DNA of 64,000 nt from the IMG/VR virus record IMGVR_UViG_3300013286_000013, positions 9,189-73,188 of that record; one strand, 5' to 3'. Positions 8,982-18,649 of this stretch are shown piece after piece (position 1 is the first letter of the stretch; each line of letters starts with the position of its first letter). The notes beneath the pieces are model-generated. The model had not been told where the DNA came from and did no database searches. It was given only the letters and a program-made list of their open reading frames with translations. The position numbers were made by a program, and so were the translations under genes. The DNA comes from a virus.

Positions 8982-11900
8982 TTAACTTGTTTTTGTCAGC
9001 ATTAGTTTATCTAAAGGACTAAGTGCTCGCTGTGTTCCATATAGACTGTTCACAGTGTTTATTTCAACGTAGTATCCTCCAATGCCTTGTAGCGTTCGGA
9101 TTGCATTGGCATTATTTGACTCAACTGACCCTAGTCCTTGAACTGCGGGTGGCAGTCCATTGGTATTTAAACTTGCATTGTTTAACTCTGCGGCGCTCCT
9201 GAATTTGTCAAACTGTTGAGTAGCATTTAAGGGGTTGCTGCCGCCTGTTCCGTTTGCCTGCCCTCTAGATCCGCCAAGAAGAGCTAACAATGCTCCCACT
9301 GATGCAAAAGATGAGGCTCCTGGTAGATTAGCAATGTTTCCACCATTAGCAAGAATTTTTTGCAGATCATACTGGCTAACATTTGCAAGAGGCGATTTAG
9401 TCAGTGCTTGTAGTGCGGGTAAGTTGGCAATGCCGGCGCCTGTTAAATTCTTTAGGCTGAGACCCAGCGCCTGGAATCCTTGGATATTTGCATCTTTAGG
9501 TACAGACGCTAATACTTTTTGTAGCTTTGACAATAGTGATGTTTGCTGGTCAGTTGACAGCCCCGAAAATTGTGCAGGATCAATCCCTAACTGTGCGGCA
9601 ATTGCTGTAGGATCGGTAGGTACACCGTTTAATGCGGCAATGGTTTTCTGTCCAATGTTATTAAGATTGGAATCTTTAGAGGGGTTGGTAATATAATTTT
9701 TTCCATCAGCTGTAATTATATTATTTTTATAATTTGTTTCTAATGTATAGAGATTATTAGTGTCTTGTACAAAGCTGGAAATAATATTTGCCTGCGCATT
9801 TTGATTCGCTTGATTCTGTGCAGTTTTACTAGGAGCCGGTATCGTTGTTGTTTGCAATGGAATGCCGCTTGTGTAGGGATTATATCCTGTCAACGATTGA
9901 CCGACTGCTGGTGCACCAGGGTTGTTTAACAAGGCATCTGCAACTGCAACCAATCCTCCTATTTGCACACCTACTGAGGCAATAGCCTGTAACGGAGCTA
10001 CTACTCCCTGTATCACTCCAAGTCCATCTGAAATAGCGGCATCAATTCTTTTGACTGACGACTGCAATGCTCCAGATGTTTGGGCAAAAAGCCCCTGTGC
10101 CGACGCCATCAATCCTGCCAATCCCAGGCTGGGAATTTGAGGATTTAAAATCTTACTTAGATCGGCAGTCTGCCTCTTAGTGCCAAACTTATTCACAGAG
10201 GCCGGAGCAGAGTCCGCCGTCTGCTGTTGGCCGGGCTCCGGAGAACTCTTAAAGGGAATTGAAGGTGTTATTTTCTTAGACGGTTGTTGGCCTGCAAGTC
10301 TTATCAGATTCAGTGTTTGGGTAAACTCGCCATCCCTAAAATGATGGTCCATCGATCTCACTAGGAATATTCCACTGAAGTGATCAACAGTTTCTCCGCC
10401 AAAATCCATAAATCCGTCTGATCGATAATCTCGAGGATTTTTAAAATCAATGCTTATGTAAATCTCACCATCTAGCCACGGAGCTTCTCCGTTCTGATTT
10501 TGGGTTTCAGTTTTAAATTCAGAGACAACATTACTCATACCCGAAGTTACAAGATAGTAAGGATCACCAATAATTTTGCAAGTCATTCCTTGCATTTCGC
10601 TATTGTCAAGTAGACTAAGTTGTATAGCTTTTGCTAGAGACTGATACGGTGATATCTGTAGCGGTTTTCCATCTAGTCCGCTGGCGCTGGTATCGCCAGC
10701 AATGGCCGGAGCAGTATTAACTTGAGCACTAGGATTATGCTTTGCTTGATCAGAGACAGCTATCTTCACAGTATTAGACGGAGATGCACCCATTGAGGTT
10801 GCAGATCTATCTTGCACTCCTAATTTGTAAGGACGCTGTTGATAATATAAGGCATTGAAACTGATTCTAAAATCTATTAAGTCAACATTTTTTCCGGTAT
10901 AGATATAATTGTATGTTCTAGATAATGTTCTTTTTAACCCCTCAGTATCCCAGGATCCAAATTCTTCAGGCAGACGTGAATAATGTATCCAATATGGTCT
11001 AATTTCGTAGGTAATGGTATAAGCGGGCCGATTTTCTTTAGGATTTCTTTTTTCTTTTAATTTTGTAGTGACATGAATCCTGTACCAAGGAACCTTACCA
11101 TTGTATTTGCTTTTCCATTTATCTTTATTATCAATAAAATCTTTAGTGTATTCGCTGTCTCGTATAACAACATCTATAATATCAAAAATTTTAGTTCCTG
11201 CTTTAACAGAGATTGTTTCCCCTTTTTTATCATACCTGACCGCAGTAACTTCTTTGTCTACAAATCTATAATTATTTTTTGATGTTTTGTCAGTAGGTGC
11301 CGCAAACTCAAACATAGAGTTTGCCCTTAGAAAATCGTTGATTTTTTTATTTTCAATAGTGATAGTTTCTGCAGACCCGTCGGGTGCTTTTATTGGTAAG
11401 AATTTAATTTCATACGAATTAAAAATTGGAGATCCTTCAGCATCGTTACTTTTGCTTTTTGCTGTTTCAACCTCTTTTACCAAGTTCGTCAGCATGTCGC
11501 CGACTGTTTCGCCCTTCATCTTCATAGTTACCGGAATGTTGGCATCAAGTCCTAATACGTTTGCATTAAGATTTACTAAGCCGCATCTGTAACTTGTACC
11601 ACGCTCATCGGCAGTTATTTGAACAGTGTTTAAGCCAACTGTCCAATATCTTTCAGATCTTGGTACTTTCTCAGCTTTACCTGTTGTGTCGTTCCACCCC
11701 CAGAACTCTATCTTTAGGCATAATGGCTTATCAACATGATCTTCATAACCGGCCGCTAGACAATTGACTCTTAGGGACTCGAGGAATCCGTTCATGCTGA
11801 GAGGTTCTACTACAGTCAGTTGGAATTGAGTTACTACAGCTCCTTCAGTCAACATCCAGGGACCATTCATTTCGAGGCTTTCTACAAATAGATCAAATCG

Positions 11901-12260
11901 ACCAGTACCAGTTTTGTTAAACTCTTCTACTAATTGTTTCACATCTAAGTTTTTAGACGTTTTAGACCCATAGAATCCGCCATCTTGTGCGTCAGCATCT
12001 CCGCTCTGTGTAGGAGTATTATTGTAATCAAATAATTCTGCGTCGGTTATTCCTTGTGTGCCCTTGCCTGAAGTTTTAAAAATTACATGTTCTAGCTGAG
12101 GAGATTTTGCAAGATATGAAGTGCTGTTAAATTGGTCTTGAGTTAACACCGCAAGAGTAAACACATAGTTGTAGGAACTATAATAGTTCAATGGGTTAGT
12201 TTCACCCGCTGAAGCAAATGCAGTGCTTGTATTGAAATAACTGGTACTTGAATCCAGCAT
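8982..12260 (-). CDS. Baseplate hub/tail protein (gp27/Mu gp44-like) with long C-terminal extension
   Basis: 1092 aa; CKIIGDPYYL and FSGIFLVRSMDHHFRDGEFTQTLNLIR resemble hub protein motifs; located between LysM and gp5-like genes. Confidence 0.65.
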   Translation of the reverse strand: MLDSSTSYFNTSTAFASAGETNPLNYYSSYNYVFTLAVLTQDQFNSTSYLAKSPQLEHVIFKTSGKGTQGITDAELFDYNNTPTQSGDADAQDGGFYGSKTSKNLDVKQLVEEFNKTGTGRFDLFVESLEMNGPWMLTEGAVVTQFQLTVVEPLSMNGFLESLRVNCLAAGYEDHVDKPLCLKIEFWGWNDTTGKAEKVPRSERYWTVGLNTVQITADERGTSYRCGLVNLNANVLGLDANIPVTMKMKGETVGDMLTNLVKEVETAKSKSNDAEGSPIFNSYEIKFLPIKAPDGSAETITIENKKINDFLRANSMFEFAAPTDKTSKNNYRFVDKEVTAVRYDKKGETISVKAGTKIFDIIDVVIRDSEYTKDFIDNKDKWKSKYNGKVPWYRIHVTTKLKEKRNPKENRPAYTITYEIRPYWIHYSRLPEEFGSWDTEGLKRTLSRTYNYIYTGKNVDLIDFRISFNALYYQQRPYKLGVQDRSATSMGASPSNTVKIAVSDQAKHNPSAQVNTAPAIAGDTSASGLDGKPLQISPYQSLAKAIQLSLLDNSEMQGMTCKIIGDPYYLVTSGMSNVVSEFKTETQNQNGEAPWLDGEIYISIDFKNPRDYRSDGFMDFGGETVDHFSGIFLVRSMDHHFRDGEFTQTLNLIRLAGQQPSKKITPSIPFKSSPEPGQQQTADSAPASVNKFGTKRQTADLSKILNPQIPSLGLAGLMASAQGLFAQTSGALQSSVKRIDAAISDGLGVIQGVVAPLQAIASVGVQIGGLVAVADALLNNPGAPAVGQSLTGYNPYTSGIPLQTTTIPAPSKTAQNQANQNAQANIISSFVQDTNNLYTLETNYKNNIITADGKNYITNPSKDSNLNNIGQKTIAALNGVPTDPTAIAAQLGIDPAQFSGLSTDQQTSLLSKLQKVLASVPKDANIQGFQALGLSLKNLTGAGIANLPALQALTKSPLANVSQYDLQKILANGGNIANLPGASSFASVGALLALLGGSRGQANGTGGSNPLNATQQFDKFRSAAELNNASLNTNGLPPAVQGLGSVESNNANAIRTLQGIGGYYVEINTVNSLYGTQRALSPLDKLMLTKTS

Positions 12261-12261
12261 T

Positions 12262-12567
12262 TTATAATCCCAATGCCCTATTAATGGTTGTGAGTTGCGG
12301 AATAAAAATTTTCACGCCAGGTAGCATGTCATATATAGGATCTCTAATTATATCTTTATTCCGCATGGCAAACACCCACCAAAGCTGTTCATTCTGGTAT
12401 ATGTCAAACGCCAACAGATCAGGACGATGTTTATATTGCGAAGTTAAGGTGATTTGCGTATCATTTTTTAACAACGGTAGATCACGTATGTTCATAATAT
12501 CTAGATAATTAGATTTCTGAACAGTGTTAAAATAGGGACTTGCTTTACTATATACAATTTCGGCCAT
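12262..12567 (-). CDS. LysM-type baseplate protein (gp53/P2 gpX-like)
   Basis: YKHRPDLLAFDIYQNEQLWWVFAMRN...PGVKIFIP motif; baseplate context. Confidence 0.8.
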   Translation of the reverse strand: MAEIVYSKASPYFNTVQKSNYLDIMNIRDLPLLKNDTQITLTSQYKHRPDLLAFDIYQNEQLWWVFAMRNKDIIRDPIYDMLPGVKIFIPQLTTINRALGL

Positions 12568-12568
12568 T

Positions 12569-13369
12569 TTATAGATATCCTTGATCTGCTAACTTACCTT
12601 TGTTGAATTTATCAACTGAATAGCCTAGTTGCTGTGCGCGGCTGTAGACTGGTATTAATTCCAACGTTAGAGAACTTAAAACAGGAACAAAATTATTACC
12701 ATAGTCCTTAATTCCTTCTCCAACTTGAATATAATCAACACCGTCTGGTAGATCTAATTTCCAAGACTGTACAGCAACGGGCACATTATGTAGCATGCTA
12801 TTACCATATGCCATGAGCCTGCAAATCGGTGGAGGAGATCCTGCTCCTACATCATCACCCCAGCGCATTTTTGTAAGAGTCCTCAACAGATGTTGAACTG
12901 CTAATATCAATGATCCTTCGTATTCGTTTTGACAGGTAAATTTTCCTGTTATCTGTATAGCCGATGTCTGTGCATTTTTAAAAAAGTAATTGTTAAAATT
13001 TGAATGTGTCGGGGCAAGGTTGGTATAGGCCGCGGTGTTACTGTAACTTATTGTTGGGGTGAAGGGGAAAATAATACCGCCAGGATGAGATGCAGGGCCG
13101 CCAATATTTTCAAAAGGTCTAGTACTACCAAACTGTGGGCCACCGCCCAGTGTTCTGCTGGTATACATTTCAGGAACACATAATTTAACTCTAATATCTT
13201 GGGCAGGTGATCCTTTCCAGTTGATAGAAGCTGGCATAGCCGACTCAGGTACTGCCGCCGACTTTATTTTAGTAAAATTAGGTGCCGCCAAATCTCCGCC
13301 GGAGTTAAAGCCTGCATTAGAGTTTCCTTGTGCATTTCCATCTTCACTTGGTTTTCCGGTAGTTGCCAT
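12569..13369 (-). CDS. Tail tube initiator/baseplate cap protein (gp48/gp54-like)
   Basis: GIIFPFTPTISYS..IQITGKFT..GSPPPICRLMAYG..VPVAVQSW motifs; SD AAGGA upstream; first gene of the baseplate operon. Confidence 0.6.
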   Translation of the reverse strand: MATTGKPSEDGNAQGNSNAGFNSGGDLAAPNFTKIKSAAVPESAMPASINWKGSPAQDIRVKLCVPEMYTSRTLGGGPQFGSTRPFENIGGPASHPGGIIFPFTPTISYSNTAAYTNLAPTHSNFNNYFFKNAQTSAIQITGKFTCQNEYEGSLILAVQHLLRTLTKMRWGDDVGAGSPPPICRLMAYGNSMLHNVPVAVQSWKLDLPDGVDYIQVGEGIKDYGNNFVPVLSSLTLELIPVYSRAQQLGYSVDKFNKGKLADQGYL

Positions 13370-13387
13370 GTTTTTTCCTTTACCAGT

Positions 13388-13405
13388 TATTTAACCTGAT
13401 AAATA
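13388..13405. promoter_or_regulatory. Divergent pair of late promoters (TAAATA - strand 13388-13393; + strand 13400-13405)
   Basis: Both motifs lie in the 106-nt gap between divergent operons. Confidence 0.6.
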
Positions 13406-13427
13406 ATATACGTAGATAATAAAAGTC

Positions 13428-13455
13428 TTGACTTCTTACTTTTTTCTGCTATAAT
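13428..13455 (+). promoter_or_regulatory. Sigma70-type promoter for gp55-like gene
   Basis: TTGACT-16 nt-TATAAT with extended -10 (TGcTATAAT); SD GGAG before ATG 13476. Confidence 0.8.
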
Positions 13456-13475
13456 AGTACTGGGAGATCCTATAC

Positions 13476-14399
13476 ATGACATCAATAATAACAACAAGAA
13501 AAGTCAAGTATCTAAACAATAGAGATTTATTGGCAGAGATACACAAAAGCAAAGTAAGTTTTTGCAGTTTTACAAAAGCAGAATATCATCAATACGATAT
13601 CATACTTACAAACTTAGACAAAATCAACATTCGCACTGTAGCAGATGCCAAACGTGCAAGAGCCAAGCGGCTTGGCATAGAAGCTTTTAACGCATTACGC
13701 ATTGCGGGCGACAAGAAAACAAAGCTCGCAGAAGTAACACCAGATTACAAAACGATTGCCAAAGAAGATGTTGTGATCCGTATTATGACATTTGAGCATA
13801 TTCCCCTAGCACCGGGTCGTAAAAAGACCACAAAGACCACAGCAGATAGTCACGACAAGGTTAACTTTCCTCCGTTCCAACATTGGAAATATGATGATCA
13901 AGGTAACTTAGAGTGTGTAGGCAAAAGTCACTGGAAGGGCGGGGTTAAGACTGGCAAGTTCAGCAAAGACCACGGGCGCATTACTGAAAATCTAGGTAAA
14001 ATGTATATCAAACTAAGCGAACGATATGCACAGCGAAGCAACTGGCGCGGATATACTTACATCGATGAGATGAAGGGACAGGCTATTCTACAGCTGAGTC
14101 AAATCGGACTTCAGTTCGATGAATCAAAATCAGAAAATCCATTCGCCTATTATACTGCCGCAGTAACAAACAGTTTTACTCGCATCCTAAACATCGAAAA
14201 GAAAAATCAAAACATTCGAGATGACATGTTAGAAGAAAACGGACTAACTCCTTCTATGACAAGGCAGTACAGTCAAGAGTTTGCAGAAGAGATCGCTCGT
14301 CAAGCAGAACTGTACAAAAACATGCGCATGCCAAAGAGCGAAGAAGATCCTGTCGAGGAAGAGGAAGCAGAAACTACAAGTGGCAAAGAAATCACTTGA
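13476..14399 (+). CDS. Late-transcription sigma factor, T4 gp55-like, with large insertion
   Basis: YLNNRDLLAEI..., then LGKMYIKLSERYAQRSNWRGYTYIDEMKGQAILQ..FDESKSENPFAYYT..NSFTRILNIEKK; acidic C-terminal tail; upstream of gp47/gp46 as in T4. Confidence 0.88.
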   Translation: MTSIITTRKVKYLNNRDLLAEIHKSKVSFCSFTKAEYHQYDIILTNLDKINIRTVADAKRARAKRLGIEAFNALRIAGDKKTKLAEVTPDYKTIAKEDVVIRIMTFEHIPLAPGRKKTTKTTADSHDKVNFPPFQHWKYDDQGNLECVGKSHWKGGVKTGKFSKDHGRITENLGKMYIKLSERYAQRSNWRGYTYIDEMKGQAILQLSQIGLQFDESKSENPFAYYTAAVTNSFTRILNIEKKNQNIRDDMLEENGLTPSMTRQYSQEFAEEIARQAELYKNMRMPKSEEDPVEEEEAETTSGKEIT

Positions 14400-14424
14400 T
14401 TTACCACTGCTTTTTTGTTAAAAT
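14396..14424 (+). promoter_or_regulatory. Sigma70-type promoter for gp47/gp46 cluster
   Basis: TTGATT-17 nt-TAAAAT with extended -10 TG; SD AGGAG before ATG 14442. Confidence 0.65.
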
Positions 14425-14441
14425 AAAAGATAGGAGATCGT

Positions 14442-15455
14442 ATGGGACTTTTTAAGAAGGTAGCATGTTTCACCGACATCCATTTTGGGTTGAAGTCAAA
14501 CTCTGCTACACATAATCAAGATTGTGAAGAATTTGTAGATTGGTTTATTGCCAAAGCCAAAGAAGAAGGTGCAGAGTCCTGCATCTTTCTCGGAGACTGG
14601 CATCACAACAGAAACAGCATCAATCTAATTACGCTAGATACTTCAATCCGTTGCTTGGAAAAGCTAGGTGCGGCATTTGAACAGTTCTTTTGGTTTCCAG
14701 GAAACCACGACCTCTTTTATAAAGACAAGCGTGAGATACACTCCAGTGCATTTGGTCGTCATATCCCGGGTGTTACAGTGGTAGACAGTATATGGACAAA
14801 AGACGAGGTTACTCTTGTTCCGTGGCTGATAGGCGACGAGTGGAAGACCATGCGAGAGCTAAAAAGCAAATATGTCTTTGGTCACTTTGAGCTTCCTTTG
14901 TTCTATATGAACGCAATGGTACAGATGCCCGACCACGGTGAACTACGTAGAGAAGACTTTGCTGGTCCGGACTATGTATTCAGCGGGCACTTCCACAAGC
15001 GACAAGCCAACAACAATATCGTCTATATCGGTAATGCATTTCCCCACAACTATTCAGATGCATGGGATGATGACCGTGGCATGATGGTGTTAGAATGGGG
15101 TGGCAAGCCTGAATATCACATCTGGGAAGATGCTCCTAAGTTTAGAACTATTAAATTATCAGATCTAATTGACCGTAAAGACGATGTTCTCAAGAGTAAG
15201 ATGTATCTTAGAGTAAATCTTGACCTTCCGATTACATTTGAAGAAGCTAATTTTATTAAAGAAGACTTTAGTAGCAATTACAACATACGAGAAATGAGTC
15301 TTATACAAGAAAAGACCACCCTCGAAGGTGTGATCGACGATTCAGCTGATGCAAAATTTGAATCAGTAGACCAAATTGTTACTGAGCAGTTGATTAATAT
15401 CGAGTCTGATCAGTTTGAACAAAAACTATTGTTGGACATTTACCATAATCTATGA
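14442..15455 (+). CDS. Recombination nuclease subunit, gp47/Mre11/SbcD-like
   Basis: Metallophosphoesterase motifs FTDIHFG, FLGDWHH, PGNHD, FGHFE, FSGHFH. Confidence 0.93.
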   Translation: MGLFKKVACFTDIHFGLKSNSATHNQDCEEFVDWFIAKAKEEGAESCIFLGDWHHNRNSINLITLDTSIRCLEKLGAAFEQFFWFPGNHDLFYKDKREIHSSAFGRHIPGVTVVDSIWTKDEVTLVPWLIGDEWKTMRELKSKYVFGHFELPLFYMNAMVQMPDHGELRREDFAGPDYVFSGHFHKRQANNNIVYIGNAFPHNYSDAWDDDRGMMVLEWGGKPEYHIWEDAPKFRTIKLSDLIDRKDDVLKSKMYLRVNLDLPITFEEANFIKEDFSSNYNIREMSLIQEKTTLEGVIDDSADAKFESVDQIVTEQLINIESDQFEQKLLLDIYHNL

Positions 15456-17239
15456 CATTTAAAATAAAAAACATCACAGTTAGAAACTTTCTTAGCGTAG
15501 GTAATCAAACTCAAGCAGTTGATTTTGATAAAGAACACTTGACTCTAGTGCTGGGTGAAAACTTAGACCTAGGGGGAGATGATAGCGGAAGCCGTAACGG
15601 TACAGGTAAGACCACCATTGTCAACGCACTATGCTATGCGCTCTACGGAAACGCACTAACTAACATTCGCAAAGAGAACTTGATCAATAAAACCAACGGC
15701 AAAGGCATGTTGGTCACTGTTGAGTTTGATGTAAATGGCATTTCTTATCGTATTGAGCGCGGTCGTAAGCCTAACATTTTAAAGTTTTACGTCAACGATC
15801 AGGAACAGAAATCAGTAGATGTTGAAGATGATGCTCAGGGCGATAGCCGTGAAACGCAGAAACATATAGAACAATTACTGGGTATGAGCCCGTTGATGTT
15901 CAAGCATTTGGTAGCGTTGAACACTTATACTGAACCTTTTTTGAGTCTTAAAGCGGCAGAACAACGTGAGATCATTGAGCAATTATTAGGCATAACTCTG
16001 CTTTCAGAGAAGGCAGAAAGCCTTAAAGCTCAAATGAAAGACACCAAAGACGCTATTATTTCAGAGTCTGCAAAGATTGAAGCTACTAAAACTGCTAACG
16101 AAAACGTTCAAAAGAGCATCGATAGCCTAGGAATTAAGAGTTCAGCATGGGAATCTAAGAAAGATAACGACCTAGAAGGGCTAGGCAAAGCTATTGTGCA
16201 ATTAAGTTCTGTAGATATTGAGTTAGAAATTGGTCTGCATGAGAAACTTAAAATGTGGACTGAGAACAACAACAAGATTAAAGATCTTAACAAACAACGT
16301 GCTACTTTAGAATCTGCGATCGGGCAAGCTGAAAAAAGCGTAAAGAAGTATAGTGGCGAGCTAGAAAAACTTGCAAATAAAACATGTCATGCCTGTGAAC
16401 AAGAACTCCACGATCACAAGCACAGTGAAATGACTGCTGAGGCTACTACACACTTGGCTGAAGCCAACACATATTTTGATAAAGTCACTAAAGATTTTAA
16501 CAAGATACAAAAAGAAATCAAGGCGATTGGTGAGCTAGATAAAAAGCCAACGACCTTTTACGAAACACTACAGGAAGCACTTGGACATAAGAATAATCTT
16601 GCTAATCTTGAGAAGGCACTTGAAACAAAGGTAATTGAGCCAAATCCCTATGTAGAACAGATTGAAGAATTAAAACATACTGCACTACAGGATATCGATT
16701 GGAACTCTATTAATTCTCTAACAAAATTTAAAGAGCATCAAGAATTCCTGTACAAACTGTTGACAAACAAAGATTCATTTATCCGCAAGAAGATCATTGA
16801 TCAAAACTTGACGTTCTTGAACAAGCGTCTAGGATACTATATTGATAAAATTGGTTTGCCACATGCTGTTGTATTCCAAAATGACCTTACTGTGGAAATT
16901 ACCCAGCTAGGACAGGACTTGGACTTTGACAACTTGAGTCGTGGTGAGCGTAATAGACTGATCTTAGGATTGAGTTGGGCGTTCCGTGATGTTTGGGAAA
17001 ACCTGTACCAGCACGTAAACTTGTTGTTTATAGACGAACTTATCGATGCAGGCATGGACGCGGCAGGCGTCGAAGCGGGACTTGCAGTTCTTAAGAAGAT
17101 GGCCCGTGAGCGCAATAAGAATATCTACTTGATCAGTCATAAAGATGAGCTAATCGGACGTGTTAACAACGTGCTTCACGTGATTAAAGAGAACGGATTT
17201 ACCAGTTACTCAAACGATGTCGACTACGTAGAGGCATGA
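15452..17239 (+). CDS. Recombination ATPase subunit, gp46/Rad50/SbcC-like
   Basis: Walker A GSRNGTGKT, coiled coil with zinc hook CHAC, signature LSRGE, Walker B LLFIDE, H-loop LISH. Confidence 0.95.
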   Translation: MTFKIKNITVRNFLSVGNQTQAVDFDKEHLTLVLGENLDLGGDDSGSRNGTGKTTIVNALCYALYGNALTNIRKENLINKTNGKGMLVTVEFDVNGISYRIERGRKPNILKFYVNDQEQKSVDVEDDAQGDSRETQKHIEQLLGMSPLMFKHLVALNTYTEPFLSLKAAEQREIIEQLLGITLLSEKAESLKAQMKDTKDAIISESAKIEATKTANENVQKSIDSLGIKSSAWESKKDNDLEGLGKAIVQLSSVDIELEIGLHEKLKMWTENNNKIKDLNKQRATLESAIGQAEKSVKKYSGELEKLANKTCHACEQELHDHKHSEMTAEATTHLAEANTYFDKVTKDFNKIQKEIKAIGELDKKPTTFYETLQEALGHKNNLANLEKALETKVIEPNPYVEQIEELKHTALQDIDWNSINSLTKFKEHQEFLYKLLTNKDSFIRKKIIDQNLTFLNKRLGYYIDKIGLPHAVVFQNDLTVEITQLGQDLDFDNLSRGERNRLILGLSWAFRDVWENLYQHVNLLFIDELIDAGMDAAGVEAGLAVLKKMARERNKNIYLISHKDELIGRVNNVLHVIKENGFTSYSNDVDYVEA

Positions 17240-17475
17240 AGCTAAATCAGTACATAGAACTGCATGAAAGATATATTTCGTTGTTGGTAGACTATCACAA
17301 CGCATATACATCATGGGTTAAAAGTCAGTCGCTAGAAAAGACTACAGCATTGCGAAAGATTCTCAAAGAGATGCGTAAGGTACAACACGAAATGTGGGCT
17401 ACCGCAAACGACGCTATGAAAGAATCCAAGCAACGCAAGCGACAAAAATGGAACAGAGAACATAAGGAACAATAA
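17236..17475 (+). CDS. Hypothetical helical basic protein, possible distant Hc1-like paralogue
   Basis: 79 aa; ATGA overlap with gp46 and TAATG overlap with next gene; basic C-terminus. Confidence 0.6.
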   Translation: MKLNQYIELHERYISLLVDYHNAYTSWVKSQSLEKTTALRKILKEMRKVQHEMWATANDAMKESKQRKRQKWNREHKEQ

Positions 17476-17669
17476 TGTCAGATACAATCCAAGCAATTAA
17501 AGATGCTGTAACAGCATGGGAAGCAGAAGATACAAAATTTGAAAAAGGTAACAGCGCCGCTGGTACCCGAGCTCGTAAGGCACTAGGCGAACTTAGCAAA
17601 TTAGTCAAAGCTCGCCGCAACGAAATCACAACAGAAAAGAATGCCCGCAAAGAAGCCAAGGTAGCCTAA
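17475..17669 (+). CDS. Histone H1-like Hc1-family small DNA-binding protein
   Basis: KFEKGNSAAGTRARKALGELSKLVKARR matches the Hc1 N-terminal motif GNKAAxxRxR; SD AAGGA. Confidence 0.75.
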   Translation: MSDTIQAIKDAVTAWEAEDTKFEKGNSAAGTRARKALGELSKLVKARRNEITTEKNARKEAKVA

Positions 17670-18218
17670 ATGCGATTCAATTATTTTTTTGTTAAAGGAT
17701 TTTACTCTCCGGATGAGGTCACTAGACTAAAAAATATCTTAATTAAGAATCAAGATAAAACCCAACCAGACGTGCCTGCTAAGAATGTTGTAAAAACAGC
17801 CGAAGTAGGTATTGTTCCGATCCTTGCCTTGCAGGAACACATTGGTGGCATTTTGAATCTAATTAAAAAAATCAATAAAGAAAACTTTGGTTTTGATCTC
17901 TATGATTTCACTGAGTATGATACTGTAAATTATAATCAGTACAATTCAGATACCAACGGTGAGTACGGGTGGCATACAGATTTTCCTTTGAGTTTCTTTC
18001 ATCAGATCAAACTTACTGTGTTGGTTAACCTAAGTACAGAAAGTTATGAGGGCGGAGACTTTGAGATTTTTTTAAACGGTCCTATTCCTATTCCTGATTT
18101 TAAGGAACCAGGCGGAGTGTTAATTTTTCCATCGTACATATCGCACAGAGTTACACCAGTAACAAAAGGATCTAGATCATCTATGAGCTTGTTTGTTACA
18201 GGTCCACGTCTAAGGTAA
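17670..18218 (+). CDS. 2OG-Fe(II) oxygenase (PKHD/prolyl-hydroxylase-like)
   Basis: WHTD (HxD), KLTVLVNLS..YEGGDF, IFPSYISHRVTPVTKGSRSS (distal His and 2OG-binding Arg). Confidence 0.92.
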   Translation: MRFNYFFVKGFYSPDEVTRLKNILIKNQDKTQPDVPAKNVVKTAEVGIVPILALQEHIGGILNLIKKINKENFGFDLYDFTEYDTVNYNQYNSDTNGEYGWHTDFPLSFFHQIKLTVLVNLSTESYEGGDFEIFLNGPIPIPDFKEPGGVLIFPSYISHRVTPVTKGSRSSMSLFVTGPRLR

Positions 18219-18219
18219 T

Positions 18220-18648
18220 ATGGATTGGATTCATAATGGTATGGTAGTTGCAGAACTACCAGAGGATTGTGTCGGTTTTGTTTATCTCATTACCAACAAT
18301 CTTACAGGCAGAAAATATATAGGCAAAAAATTAGCAAAGTTTGCAAAGACGACCTACAAGACTGTAAAGTTAAAGAACGGCACAAAGAAGAAAAGGAAAA
18401 TCCGTAGTAAGATTGCCAGCGACTGGCAAGAGTATTACGGATCCAATTTAGAATTAAACACAGACGTACTAAAGTTAGGCAAAGAACAATTCACCCGAGA
18501 GATCCTGCACTATTGCAAAAGCAAAGCAGTATGCTCTTACATCGAGGCCCTTGAACAATTCAACCGCAAAGTATTAGAATCACAAGATTACTATAACGGA
18601 CAGATCTCAGTCCGTGTCCATGGCTCTCACATAATCAACAAAATCTAG
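18220..18648 (+). CDS. Small GIY-YIG-family nuclease-like protein
   Basis: GFVYLITNNLTGRKYIGKK (GIY-YIG signature), YYGS, FTREIL, conserved Glu (YIEALEQ) and YYN; Lys/Arg-rich insert KTVKLKNGTKKKRKIRSK. Confidence 0.8.
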   Translation: MDWIHNGMVVAELPEDCVGFVYLITNNLTGRKYIGKKLAKFAKTTYKTVKLKNGTKKKRKIRSKIASDWQEYYGSNLELNTDVLKLGKEQFTREILHYCKSKAVCSYIEALEQFNRKVLESQDYYNGQISVRVHGSHIINKI

Positions 18649-18649
18649 G

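Noticed and set aside
17670-18218. 2OG-Fe(II) oxygenase as a novel auxiliary gene
   Set aside because: These enzymes are very common in large aquatic phages, and nothing here indicates an unusual substrate.
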